A DNA stretch of 64,000 nucleotides from Podarcis melisellensis (lineage: Eukaryota), in NCBI GenBank assembly GCA_964234715.1, contig OZ174286.1, one strand, 5' to 3'. A model generated the notes under the pieces. It did no database searches. It was not told the DNA's origin and saw only the letters and a list, made by a program, of their open reading frames with translations. The position numbers were made by a program, and so were the translations under genes. Positions 12,974-24,348 of this stretch are shown piece by piece. How positions within the stretch are numbered: position 1 is the stretch's first letter; every line of letters begins with the position of its first letter.

Positions 12974-13362
12974 TACAATCAAACAAGTTAAAACTAAACC
13001 ATCAGTCCAGAACAGAGTAGATGTCTTGGTAAAGGTGGTCAGGGTTATTTCTGCCACACAGTTCTTCCCACAAACATGCTCTCTAGAGAAGGGGAAGAAA
13101 CATTGTGGCTGGACAGATTCTCAGGGTAGAATCACATGTCCATTTCCCATGGAGGTGCTATTTTAAAACTTCCCATATGGTGAGGCTCGCTTTTGAAAGC
13201 TGGTCCGTATTTCAAAGAGGCTAGGGGAACATGGTAATGGAGAGCTCTGAAGCTTCCACCATTCTTTCCATTGTCTCCTTGAGAGGGAGGTGGAAAGTAA
13301 AACGATAGGCTAGCAGTAGGCTTTAGTGACTCATTTGCTGGTTCATTGAGTTTTCCTAAGAC

Positions 13363-13667
13363 CATAAGAAGAGCCCTGTGGGATAAAACCAAAACTTAAG
13401 CTAGTCTAGCATGCTTTCTCCTACCGTGGCCAACGGGATGCCTATGGAATCCCATAACCAGGAAATGAACACAAGAGCTCCCTTCCCCTTCAACAGCGAC
13501 TGAAATTCAGAGGTCTACTACCTGTAGCTATCATGACAAGCAGACCCTGATAGCTTTATCCTTCATAATTTTCTCTAATTCCCTTTTAATGCTGTCCAAG
13601 CTGGTGGCCATCACCACAAATTGCGGTAGCAAATTCCATAGCCGACTTTGCCATTTCTGAAGAAGTA
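13363..13667 (-). mobile_element. CR1 LINE 3' fragment
   Basis: Reverse complement of the same 3' end seen at 24094-24340 (gtgatggccacca...ttggac...aaaagggaattaga...ataaagctatc...ttcttatg). Confidence 0.75.
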
Positions 13668-14660
13668 TTATTATTACCTAGAATTTTCTACATGCTAAAA
13701 TTTAACTCCTTTTGCCCAACAGTGGTTGATTGGACACTGTTTGTTATCCCTGAGCAGCCATTCTTGCCCCTCCAGTGCATGGGCACATATTCAATGTACA
13801 GTACAATGAATCACTGTATCTCTTTGCCTTCCACACTGGTAAAGAAGCCAAGTCATATTCCCTTCCTGTTTACTTGTCATCCAGAAGAGGGGGCATTCTA
13901 TGCTTCTCCATTATGTATTTCCTTCATTTTTCATCTTGTAGACATCTGAGCCAGCATAAGGTCAACCCCATTCAGCAAAATTCCTGGTTGGAATGCTTTG
14001 CTCAGTAGGAATAGTGTAACTGTAAAGTAAGCTCTTCCTTTTCTAGGTAATCCATCATGAACCTTCTGTTTCTTGTCCATATTAAATCACATTTCTATTA
14101 CAACAAGGATAAGGACTTCTGCAGGAAAGGGGTTTTTCATCATTTTGGATCATTGGTCAAAGTAGTTCTTTTGTTGAAATATCTGGTTTTTATCTGGAAA
14201 AGTGGGGGTGTACGCCACTGGAGATGTCTGCATTTTAAATAACTGTCAAAACATGAGTTATTGCATGAACTATGGCATCTAAAGATGTTAAACTGAGAGG
14301 TGAGAAAACATAAATGTCCAGACTGAATTCCAGAATGAGAGGTGCAGTTGGAAGATCATCTAGTTTAGGTGCTCCCCATAAAATTATTTTATCTATGCCT
14401 CAGTCTCTAGGGCCTATACCAGGTCTCTTAGCTAATCCCTTATTGTCTACTCTGAAGCCTAAGAATTTCAAGCAAAGGTCTATCCTGTTCCTTTTAACTG
14501 GGACTTCTAGAGATTGAACCTGGAACCTTCTGCATGCACCGTGGAGCTATAGTTCCTTCACTACTGGTAGATCTGAATGGGCATTCCTTAAGTATCTTCC
14601 TCAACCCTTACTTGTTTTTTTTTCTGATTTCTTTCTGCTTTGTACTCCTGCTTCTCCCAG

Positions 14661-14933
14661 CAGCATCAATGGACCCGCTTGCAAATTCTTTGGAGACTGA
14701 GGCTACTGATAAGGATGATATGGTATTACTGAACGAGATTCTCAATGCTTCTTCTTTGGATGACGGCGAATTCAGCAGAGAGTGGACAGCTGTATTTGGA
14801 GAGGACCCACTTGCTGACATGCCCACAAGCTCTTCCGCAGGAGAAATGGAGAACAATAAGTCATCAGCGTCAGGCTTCCTTCCTTCTCAGCTTTTAGACC
14901 AAAACATGAATGACTTGCAGTCCTCCCTTCAAG
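14661..14933 (+). CDS. ICA1: ICA1 coding exon, 273 nt (270 nt with the distal AG), C-terminal ICAC region: ..DKDDMVLLNEILNASSLDDGEFSREWTAVFG..GFLPSQLLDQNMNDLQSSLQ
   Basis: Long polypyrimidine tract plus cccag acceptor, donor AAG|gtaggt. Strong similarity to recalled human DKDDLLLLSEIFNASSLEEGEFSKEWAAVFG...GFLPSQLLDQNMKDLQASLQ. Lies inside track ORF 14534..14953. Confidence 0.95.
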
Positions 14934-15029
14934 GTAGGTTTATTTTAGGCTGATTAGCAATCAGATGGGCTCAGTCCACCAACCTGATGCCGAGCACTGT
15001 GCCATGCATGAATGCATGTGAACTAAGAC

Positions 15030-15420
15030 ACATACTTACTAGGGAGGATATAGCCATAACCACTAAACCAGAGCTTTCCAAACTTTATGTTGGTGACACA
15101 TTTTTTAAACATGCATCATTTTGCGAAGCAGTAATTTCCCCCCCCCCAGTTGGTTGTTTTGTCCAAATTGGGACAAACTGTGGTTAGGATAAACAGTGGT
15201 TTGTCAGAACAAGCCAGGATCAAGCCATGGCTTCTGATCCTGGCTTCTTTGGATAAGCATAGGGAAACTTGACTGTAGTTCCCAGTTCAGACAAAACAAC
15301 AAATTGCAGTTAGTTTAAAATGGAAATGAATGTTTACAATCTCCATGCAGACAGGAGGGAAGTAGGCTTGTTCACATAAAGCTGAACTAGGTCTTAGCCA
15401 ACATTACATCTGAATCAGGT
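15030..15420. mobile_element. Palindromic MITE-like element with a nested hAT end (cagagctttccaaact at ~15069)
   Basis: Central palindrome aagccaggatca-agccatggct-tctgatcctggctt. A related element lies at ~17635-17810. Confidence 0.5.
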
Positions 15421-18400
15421 CTCTTCTCTCAGTCACGCTAACGCTCTCCCATGAGGTTTGTAGGTGTGCCTTCCAGGAAATAGCTCCTTCCCTTGGGTTA
15501 CTCACACTAAGCTCATTTATGCATTTTCCTCTCCCTATTTTTACCCTGCCTTAAGTATCAGTTGGCTACTCTGGTGCTGTAAAATAGATGCATCTGCACA
15601 ACAGGCTCAGAATGAAAGTGCTTTGTTAGTTTGCAGCTCTTGTTGCTTCAGTGCTCCTTGCACAGCAGACCAGCCTCCTTGCTGCCAATATTCTATGTTA
15701 ATCTCTCCGCTGTTTCTTGGGCAGATGGTGGTTGTGGGAGGGAGGCGTAGAGGGTGAAAGGAAAAAATTGTCTCATTATTTTTAGAGTGAAGGGATGACG
15801 TGTGTGAAGGGTTCTTAACTCCTCCAGGGTGTTAACGTGGGCTGGTTTGCTTGTCATTTGTTGATGGGAAAATTATTCCTCTGACATTCCTCAGGTATAA
15901 GAAAATAGTAGAGCCTGGAGTAGCAATAAAAAAAGCTGTTGTTAAAGGGACCTTGTCAAGACTGGCATGCCTAAAATAGGAGCGTGTCATCAGTGAGGCT
16001 TCAGTGGCTTCAATCCAAGCACTTTGGCTTAATAGGCCTGTGGACAGGGGCATATCTGGCCTCTTTGTCTAGCGTAGTGCAGATGCTTAATGGAATTGAA
16101 GTACTCAGATTTTTAAGGTGATATGGCGTAGGAAAGTCACTAAGAGGCAAACCAGACACAGTGGGGCAGATCTGCAAACAGGATCTCCTATGATTGTTGG
16201 TAGCTGCTTTTTTAATTACAAACTATCACCAAGGGTAGGGAGGGCAATTAAATTTAAAAGCAGCCAGTGAGTGGGAGAGATGTGTGATACCTGCATATTG
16301 TTGTGGCAAATAGCTGCTTTTGGATGAGTGTGATTTAAATCGGGAAATGGCACAGATGGGGGATGGTTAGACCTTTCTCCCCCAGCACTGTGGCCCCAGT
16401 GTAGATCAGCTACTTTTAAATGAAAACTATCGTTCACAAATCTTCCGCATTGCATACGGTTTGGTGCTAAAAGACTGAATAGTGAGCCAGGAGGTCTTAG
16501 TTTGAATCTTGCTTTTGCCCTGAATTGAAGGCTGCTGTATCCCACCCCACCACACCCAGTTTGGACTACGGGCCTGTTCTCTTCCCAACTCTTTCGAACA
16601 TGCAGTCTTGTACATTTGTTGTTACGCAGTTGAGGCTGCAACACAGTCACAGATCACTTAAAGGAACGGCTGATGGGGAAATGTATTATTTACGACATTT
16701 GCAGAACGCTTTCTTTTTTGCCAAATGCAATTATGTCATTCCTTTTCTAAGAAACCCATAGTGCAGGCTGGGACCCCAGGCTGAAAGTGCATGACTTCCC
16801 CAAGGCCAATGAGAGAGATCAGGGTGGAGCAAGGGCTGGGGTTCGTGTCTCCTTGGTTCACTGCCAACACACTTCCCTTCAGAAAGAACACAACTGTTTG
16901 CAATGCTATTGGTTATCTATGACATCCAGCACAATATGGAGAGAGGTTGTTTTCCTTCTAAGTTAACCAGTAAAAGCTATGCCCTGTTAAATAATTGAAG
17001 GTGTATTATAAATGCAAGTAACCTCTCATTTTGCATGGCTGAGGAGCCAACCGTGGCAACTATTTTTCAGAATTTCCATTCCTAGTAATGTAAGTGGTTT
17101 TCTTCCAAAGTACACAGGCTTTGCTTGTTAATTGAAAATGTCTCTTTGCTAGGATTATTTTTCAGAGATCTGTTTAGCGTATGACTGGCAGAAAACAAGT
17201 CTTCTTCAACTGCAAATTACTGCCTTATTCCACAATGCCTGTTAAGTAAACTAGAGAACTTACTGTTGTGTGATCAAAGCAGTTATATACAGGTTGCTAG
17301 CTTTGTGTCTCAGTTTCCCATCTAGCTATTAATTATCTTTGATGGCATCATATGTTAATAGAGCAGATGTTTTTGCTTATATAAGGTTCCAGGTAAAATC
17401 CCAAGCATTTACAAATAATAAAATACCTTGGAGCAAACAATGGTATACAAAAGCATCCTGGCAGACTGAAAAAAACCTTCTGCTAAGTCAGGTTCCTAAC
17501 TGTGTTCACGTCGTTAGTTATTGCTGATCAATTAAATTGATTATCTGTTTTTTTAAAAATAATAATGGAGGTGTCCTAAGAGCTGTTAGACCTCTTCCAT
17601 CTCATTTACTTTAGTGGGATTAAATCATTTTAAAGCTGGTTTCAGATGTAATAAAAAACTGCGATTACGCTAACACCACAGTTGAAGATCCCAGTGTTCA
17701 GTGTTACATCTGAACCAGATCAGTTTGTGGGGAAGCTCAAGTTCAGACATTGAAACAAACCATGGTTTACCCAAGTACTCTGTGGTTTTGTGTTGCCTCT
17801 GAATTCAGCCTGTGCACATTTCAGCAATTTATCAACTAAGCATGCCTGTTAATCCCCATTGACCAGCAAGGAGGCAGGCATCATACAGGCATGCTTCACT
17901 TCAGATGTGGGTTAAGAATATATGGAACACTTTACATCCACCGGAAATTGTCTTAATTATATTTTCCTGTCCCCTTAGTCTTTTATCCAGTAAATACAGC
18001 CTTTGTCTTTTTGTCTGTTTTGTCTGCCTTTAAAACCGTATTGTTACTGCACCCATTTATTCCCAGTCTTCACTTGGTCCTCCAGGCACTATTGTGCTGC
18101 AATAAACTGTTATTGTTGAAGGGCTCCCTTTGCAGGTGAAAGAAGGCAAAAAGAACAAATGATCTGAGTGTGTTTCAGTCAGTCCACTGATTATGTCACT
18201 GCCTCCTCTGGCTACTTTTCTAACTGCAAAGACTGCTTTAACAAAAAGGCAATCCCTTTCTCCACTCCTACCTGTATTTCATTTTGATAATAATAATTAT
18301 AGGAATCATTTTTAATTTATGTGTACAGGAGCTTTTTTCTGTGGCTGAACAATCTAGCTGTTGCTTCCATTTTTAAATTTAATTGAGGCCAAGAGAATGA

Positions 18401-19268
18401 CTGCTTGCTTCACCTTTTCCACATTTGTACGGTTGCTGGCAGAAGAGTAGGAAGTTTGGTTTCCTTAATGTCTCACTGATAATCTTGCATCTAGTCATAT
18501 CATGAGCTGCTCTTTGAGCAGCCAGCTAGTAAGCACCAATATTTTCCCCCCAAAGGCCAATTTCCCCTGTAAACCTTGCTTGTATTAGCAATGGAGAACA
18601 CTACTTTGTAACATTATTCAAAAGTTTTTCCTAACCACCCTTTTGGACCAAACTTACAGACCCATAGGGCACGTGTCAGGCACCTGAACTGCTAGTAGTA
18701 ATACTAGCAGATCTATTACAGAAGGGCTGGAGCCTGTTTGTTGTGGGAGCCTTTTCCAGACGGTAGGCTGGATTGACTCCTGTTCACTATTTGAAACGGC
18801 AGTCTAAAGGTCCCCACCCCAGTCAGCAGATAGATCTGCTCATGAGCTCTGCTAACAACTTCAAAAATATCAGTTGTCAAAACAAGCTGCACTGTTAGTT
18901 TCAGTAGATGAATGGATTTGATGGAGCACTCAAGACAGTTAAAGTGAATGCAAAAAAAAAAAAAGCAGACTCAAATACAACCCTGTTGCAGTAACCGGTA
19001 AGGAAATGAGAGTTGTTTAATTTCTATTCCAAAGTACACAAGAAGAATTTACAACAGGATTAAAGTAACATAATACAAAGTACAAAATGTAAAGACCTAC
19101 ATAAAGCAATGAAGCCAGAGCTGTAAAGCAACAGATCAGGACAGGATTTTTAGAAATTGTTTTTAACAGAAGAGTTTCAAGCTTCAATTATTACAGTCGT
19201 GAGCAGTGTGAGCTCGTTAAGTAATTATAGTTGATTGACAGAAATGCAACTGTGTTATTGAATTTTAG

Positions 19269-19364
19269 GTTGGGCAGCCAGCAGCACCAGCCCTACGCCT
19301 GTCCCACAGACCGCCCAGAAATCCAACAGCCTGAACACGACCATCAACAAGACACCTATGAAAG
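19269..19364 (+). CDS. ICA1: Probable ICA1 in-frame (possibly cassette) exon, 96 nt: (G)WAASSTSPTPVPQTAQKSNSLNTTINKTPMK
   Basis: Acceptor ttttag, donor AAG|gtgaca. Phase 1-1, 32 codons, no stop. GC-rich island in an AT-rich intron. Confidence 0.75.
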
Positions 19365-20481
19365 GTGACAAACACGTTACGCTTTGATTGTGTGTGCACC
19401 AACACAGCAACACAAAGCTTAGAGTTTTCCAGGTGTTTGGTTGTGTGTGTGTGTGTGTAGCCTCACAACTATTTACATAGAATGGCTTCCTTTCAGGAAT
19501 TATCCTCTAATTGTGCCCTAATTGGCATGTTATTTAAGTAATCGGCACTTGAATATCATTGCTTGCTAGTTGGTTGACGTTAAAATGTTGCCAAGACTTG
19601 AGTGGAGATGTCTTGTTTCGGTAACGAAAACTCCACTGGGTCATCACTGTGTTGGCAAAATCCCTTTCTATAGATGCTCTATGAACTCAAGTACTCCTGG
19701 CTGCAGGCAGAATGGACGCTTAGGGCCCTCCCAGTGTTGGGTCTTTGGTGATCTCCCTTTCCATTTTTTGTACAACCTCCAAAGGCTCATCCAAGTGAAG
19801 ATGAATTCATTTAAATGCTACGAAGTGGTTGGGAATGGAGAAACCATGAGCCAATCCACCATTTGAGGGAGTTTGTGGGCCACCCTCCTCTTCTTCCGAT
19901 GTCCCTGTGCTTAGGAGCCAGGGAAGTGGCTAATTGCTAAAAATGCCTTCTCTGTGATGGCACCTAAATTATCAAACTTCCTCTTCAAATGTGTTTTCTG
20001 AGCAACATCGTTATCTTTCAAGAAAAACCCATCCCAATCTCTTGTTTGTGTTCTTAATGACGTTTTAATGGCAGTTGAGATCCTCTTAATTTCTTTTTAC
20101 TGCTGTTATCTGATATCTTCGTTTTTACTTGCCAGTTATGCTGCTTTAGTTTCCATAATATTTTACTGCAATATATTGAGTTTTTTCTTATTGTAGTCAA
20201 CTTTAAGGGCAGTGTGTGTGTTGCAAAATATATAAATAAATAATATAGAGCTGTAAACTGCTTTGAGATTTTTCTAATAAGTATAAGAAAAATATAGAAA
20301 TGAAATAATAATAACTGCAGAATATTTAAATTTTCTGTCAAAAGCAATACATGAATATGGGTTCTATCAGGCATATACTACATATTTTCTTCCGTGGTGC
20401 ATTCTAAGTCCGTACCATGTTTGTTTATCTCAGCATTAGTATATATATTTTTTTAAAAAAACTGTCAAGCAAAAATCTTAA

Positions 20482-20643
<162 letters not shown>

Positions 20644-20765
20644 GTTGTCTGCCTGTGGTAACTCTCACTTCACCATTCAAAAATGCATTTCTTGGGGCTT
20701 TAGAAGAGTTTAAAACCAGATCAGTTTACTGTTGTACGACTTACTTCTCACTTCTGTGCCATTCT

Positions 20766-20771
20766 AATAAA
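20766..20771 (+). promoter_or_regulatory. Candidate proximal ICA1 poly(A) signal AATAAA
   Basis: Canonical hexamer about 120 nt after the stop codon. Confidence 0.4.
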
Positions 20772-20977
20772 ATCAAGGGATTGACCTAACCCCTTTCTAT
20801 AGGTAACAGTTATTTGCTCTTGTTTTGTACAAAGAGTTTGCAACTTCTTTTTTTGTATGTGAATGTATCAAACGAAGTTTGGATTTAGAGAAGACTACTG
20901 AATAGATTAGTGTACTTGCTGTAACTTGGCTCTTGGCAGGCAGAGCGCCACAGCTAACTCAAGAGTGAAATATAAAT

Positions 20978-20983
20978 AATAAA
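20978..20983 (+). promoter_or_regulatory. Candidate ICA1 poly(A) signal AATAAA
   Basis: Canonical hexamer followed by a U/GU-rich tract (ttttttatatctttttctttgtgt). Confidence 0.55.
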
Positions 20984-21554
20984 CCTATTTTTTATATCTT
21001 TTTCTTTGTGTAAATCAAAACAAAATCATGTAACTGGAGACTGCATGACCCAGTGGTATATTTGATACTACCATTTAGAAAGTAGTATATAACATACTGC
21101 TGTGATGTTAATTTATAATTTCTTTTGTTAGTATCCATAGTGAAAAATCTATACTCTGGGGCTAATTATTAGAGAACTATATTTGAGTATCTATGAATCT
21201 ACTGTGCTCATTCTCTAATTTTAAATTATTAGGCAAATGGCATTGTATAAGTCCAAGCCGACTGCCCAAACTACATCCTCCAGGCATGTTCAGTTGTACC
21301 AGCAGTTTCGGCAATTGGAGACCAGGTGGTATTGACTTTGCCAACATGTGTATTTACAGTAATCATGGTTTCCATACAAAGCACTTTTCATCAAAGCTGG
21401 TTTCATACACACATGTTCTGTCGCGACACTCTCCTTTAATAAAGATGGTTTTGACAAAAAGAAAAAGTGTAGCTGAACCTTTGTCCTGGGAAATGGGAGC
21501 AATTCAATGGATGCAATCATTATTTAATAATAAATTATTATTGTTGTTATTGTT

Positions 21555-21850
21555 ATTTATTTAATTTATATTCTACCCATCTGACTGGGTTGCCCCAGCC
21601 ATTCTGGGTGATTCCCCGCAAAATAATAAAAACACAATAAAACCTCAGATGTTAAAAACAAACCAGTATAGGGCTGCCTTCAGATGTCTTCTAAAAAGTC
21701 ATATAGTTGCATGTTTGAAATCCGATGAGAGGGCCTTCCACAGGGCAGGTGTGACTACTGAAAAGGCCCTCTACCTGGTTCCCTGTAGCTTCTTACAGTG
21801 TGGGAACTGCCAGAAGGCCCTTGGAGCTGGACCTCAGAGTCTGGGCTGAT
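21555..21850 (-). mobile_element. L2-like LINE 3' fragment
   Basis: (TTA)n tail followed by gggctgccttcagatgtcttctaaaa...agggccttccacagggcagg...gaaaaggccct, typical of a reversed squamate L2 3' end. Confidence 0.7.
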
Positions 21851-23979
21851 CAGAAGATATCATTCACTGCCTTCAAAAAATAAAATCAGGTGAGAATTCT
21901 GAGGTAATAGAGCAGACCAACAGATCACAGGTGGGAATAATATTTTTGAATGCTCCCCCTGCTTTTTAAAAATAATAATAATCCTGTTAGACTTCTCCCA
22001 ACTTTTCTATATCAACTATTTTAGTTTCCATCCAGTTAGCTTTCATATATGGAAGCCTCAGAAACATGATTCCTTGCTGAAATGTTAGTCCGTTCTGCCA
22101 CCTCTCCTTCCACCTCATTCTGCTTCATGCGCAGATCCAGTCTACTTAAGAAAAGCACATTTATTTTGCCAGCCAGACATTTACTTTGACACTGTTTTCA
22201 TGCAAGCTTAAATTCATGATGCAGGATTTCTGAATTTGAAACTGATGGAAACCTTCCTTCAGGTACCTGGATATTCAGAGTGCCCTAAAACAGCATAAAA
22301 GGCTTACTGAGAAGAACACACACACACACCCCTGGCTTATGATAGGCTTTCCTGGATTAAGCTAATGCAACAAAGGTAGAAGTTCTGCACATATCTGTGA
22401 AGTTTTGAACCTTGGCCTCCTGAAGTAGATCACATGTTCGAGGCTCATAGGAACACACATTCTTTTGGGTGTACTTGTTTAAAGTGTAATTTGTGGAATG
22501 GTCCTTTGTCGTCGTCACTTTAACTAAATCTGATGTCTAAAGTGCTTCTGACAATTGCCTCTTAATACTCTTCATGTTGTTTGTCCTTATTGGGATTGAG
22601 GAGGGGGGGAGAGAAAAATCCCAGTGCAAACTAGCATCTCACATCGCTTGAATTTATATTTCATATTGTTGAAGCCCCGTAAGACGGTGACTCAGAGTCT
22701 CATATAATTATATGTTTAAAGGCAAAGCTAAATTTTGCTGGAGGCAGCTGGTGGTCTTATCAACAATGGATTGTGCATTCCAAAATATATTGAGGATTCT
22801 TCTGCATTTCCATGTACTGTTTACAGTGCACTAAAAATCTCTGGAGCTGTTATTTTGGTCCAAATCTATGTTAGATCTACAGCCAAACAAATGAACTGAA
22901 GCTGTAACTTTGCCATCTTATAGAGGTAGAATGTTTTTTTTGGGGGGGGGAGGTGCTAATAATGTGAATAGATTGCAGTGGCTTTCAAGCAAGCTAATAC
23001 GCTACTGTGTCAGACTTAATTAGAGCTGTTTTTAGGTCACAGATCATAGACATCTGAGCTGCAAATGGCTCCCACTCAATCAGGGTATTGTGCAGAGAGT
23101 ACTGCACAAGTGTAACAAAGGTCTGCGTTGCCACCAATTCACATCACACTTCAGATACAATAGCTGAACTGACACATGATTTGAGACAGAAAAGCCGGAA
23201 CTATATTTGCAGCAATTCAACTTCCCTTCAGATATATGTGTTGTATTTCATATTGTTGAAGCCCCCTGTGTTGTTTAATGCAAAGAGTGCATTGTCCTTT
23301 AGTGTTGCATAATGAGCAATGTATATATTTTTCTATTTTGCTTTAAACAATGGAAGTTATAGTAATGAGAGTCTAGAAAAGGAACTTGGCAACCAGACAC
23401 ATATAATTCATAGTATCTTGTAATTAAAAAACTATATATTACATGGAACAAAAAGTCATGGTATGTAGAATACTTTTATAAGATTTTGCTATGCTGGCCA
23501 TATGCACAGTCTCCATTATATAACAGAGCAAAGCTGTTAATCATTCTGTTAACAATTAGAAGTCCGTTATCGGACCAGCTTAAGGATTCCTTTTGATTTG
23601 CAGATACTGAGATACTGCCCCATAGTTGCATATTTTGTTATTTTAAGTAGCATATTTTTAAATGCTGCAGAAAGTTTATGATGGGGTGGGAGGTGAAGCA
23701 GCGATGATGGATTTGCTGTCCTCGGAACGTTTATTTTTTTAAAAAACCCTAATGATTTCAGCTAGCATGAATTTCTGCTAAGTTAAGAGAGGCTGCCTTT
23801 GGGGACCTCGGATGGAGTCGTTGAGAGAACAGATTGAGTAATTTTTATGGACTCTTATCTAAATCTGCCTAAATAATCCTTTAAGCATAACAGGAGCAGA
23901 AACATTATGGGCCAGTCAGTGCCTTTCCAAAGAGTGTGTAAAGCAAGTAAGAAGTGACATGACAGAATTTTTTTAGAAA

Positions 23980-24348
23980 TTATGCATGGCATGAAGTGGA
24001 AAAGTTTATGTTGGAAGTTTCAGGGCAGATAAAAGAAAGTGCTGCTTCTTGCAGTGCATAGTTTAACTATGGAACTCAGTCCCAAAGGAGGCAGTGATGG
24101 CCACCAATTTAGATGACTTTAAAAGAGGATTGGACAAATTCATGGAGGATAAGGCTATCTGTCAATGGTTACTAGCCATCATAGTTATGCTCTGTCTCCA
24201 CAGTCCAAGGCAATATGCTTCTGAATATCCGTTGCTAGAAACCCCAGACGAGGAGAGTGCTGTTGTGCCCGAGTCCTGCTTGTGAGTTTCCTACAAGTAT
24301 CTGGGTGGCTGGATTAGATGGGCAGGAGACTTCTTATGTTTTTATGTT
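23980..24348 (+). mobile_element. CR1 LINE 3' fragment
   Basis: End of the RT ORF (MATNLDDFKRGLDKFMEDKAI) followed by a 3'UTR ending ttcttatgtttttatg. Confidence 0.8.

Noticed and set aside
14608-14856. Antisense ORFs over real exons (also 46078..46293 and 42254..42439)
   Set aside because: These are shadow frames of ICA1 and GLCCI1 coding exons.
2712-15084. Two cagagctttccaaact hAT ends as one large transposon
   Set aside because: The ends face outward and bracket conserved ICA1 exons, so they are independent fragments.
16216-16650. 144-aa minus-strand ORF (also 41021..41455 and 50926..51294)
   Set aside because: No recognisable domain or splice context. The lengths are within chance expectation, given alternative start codons.
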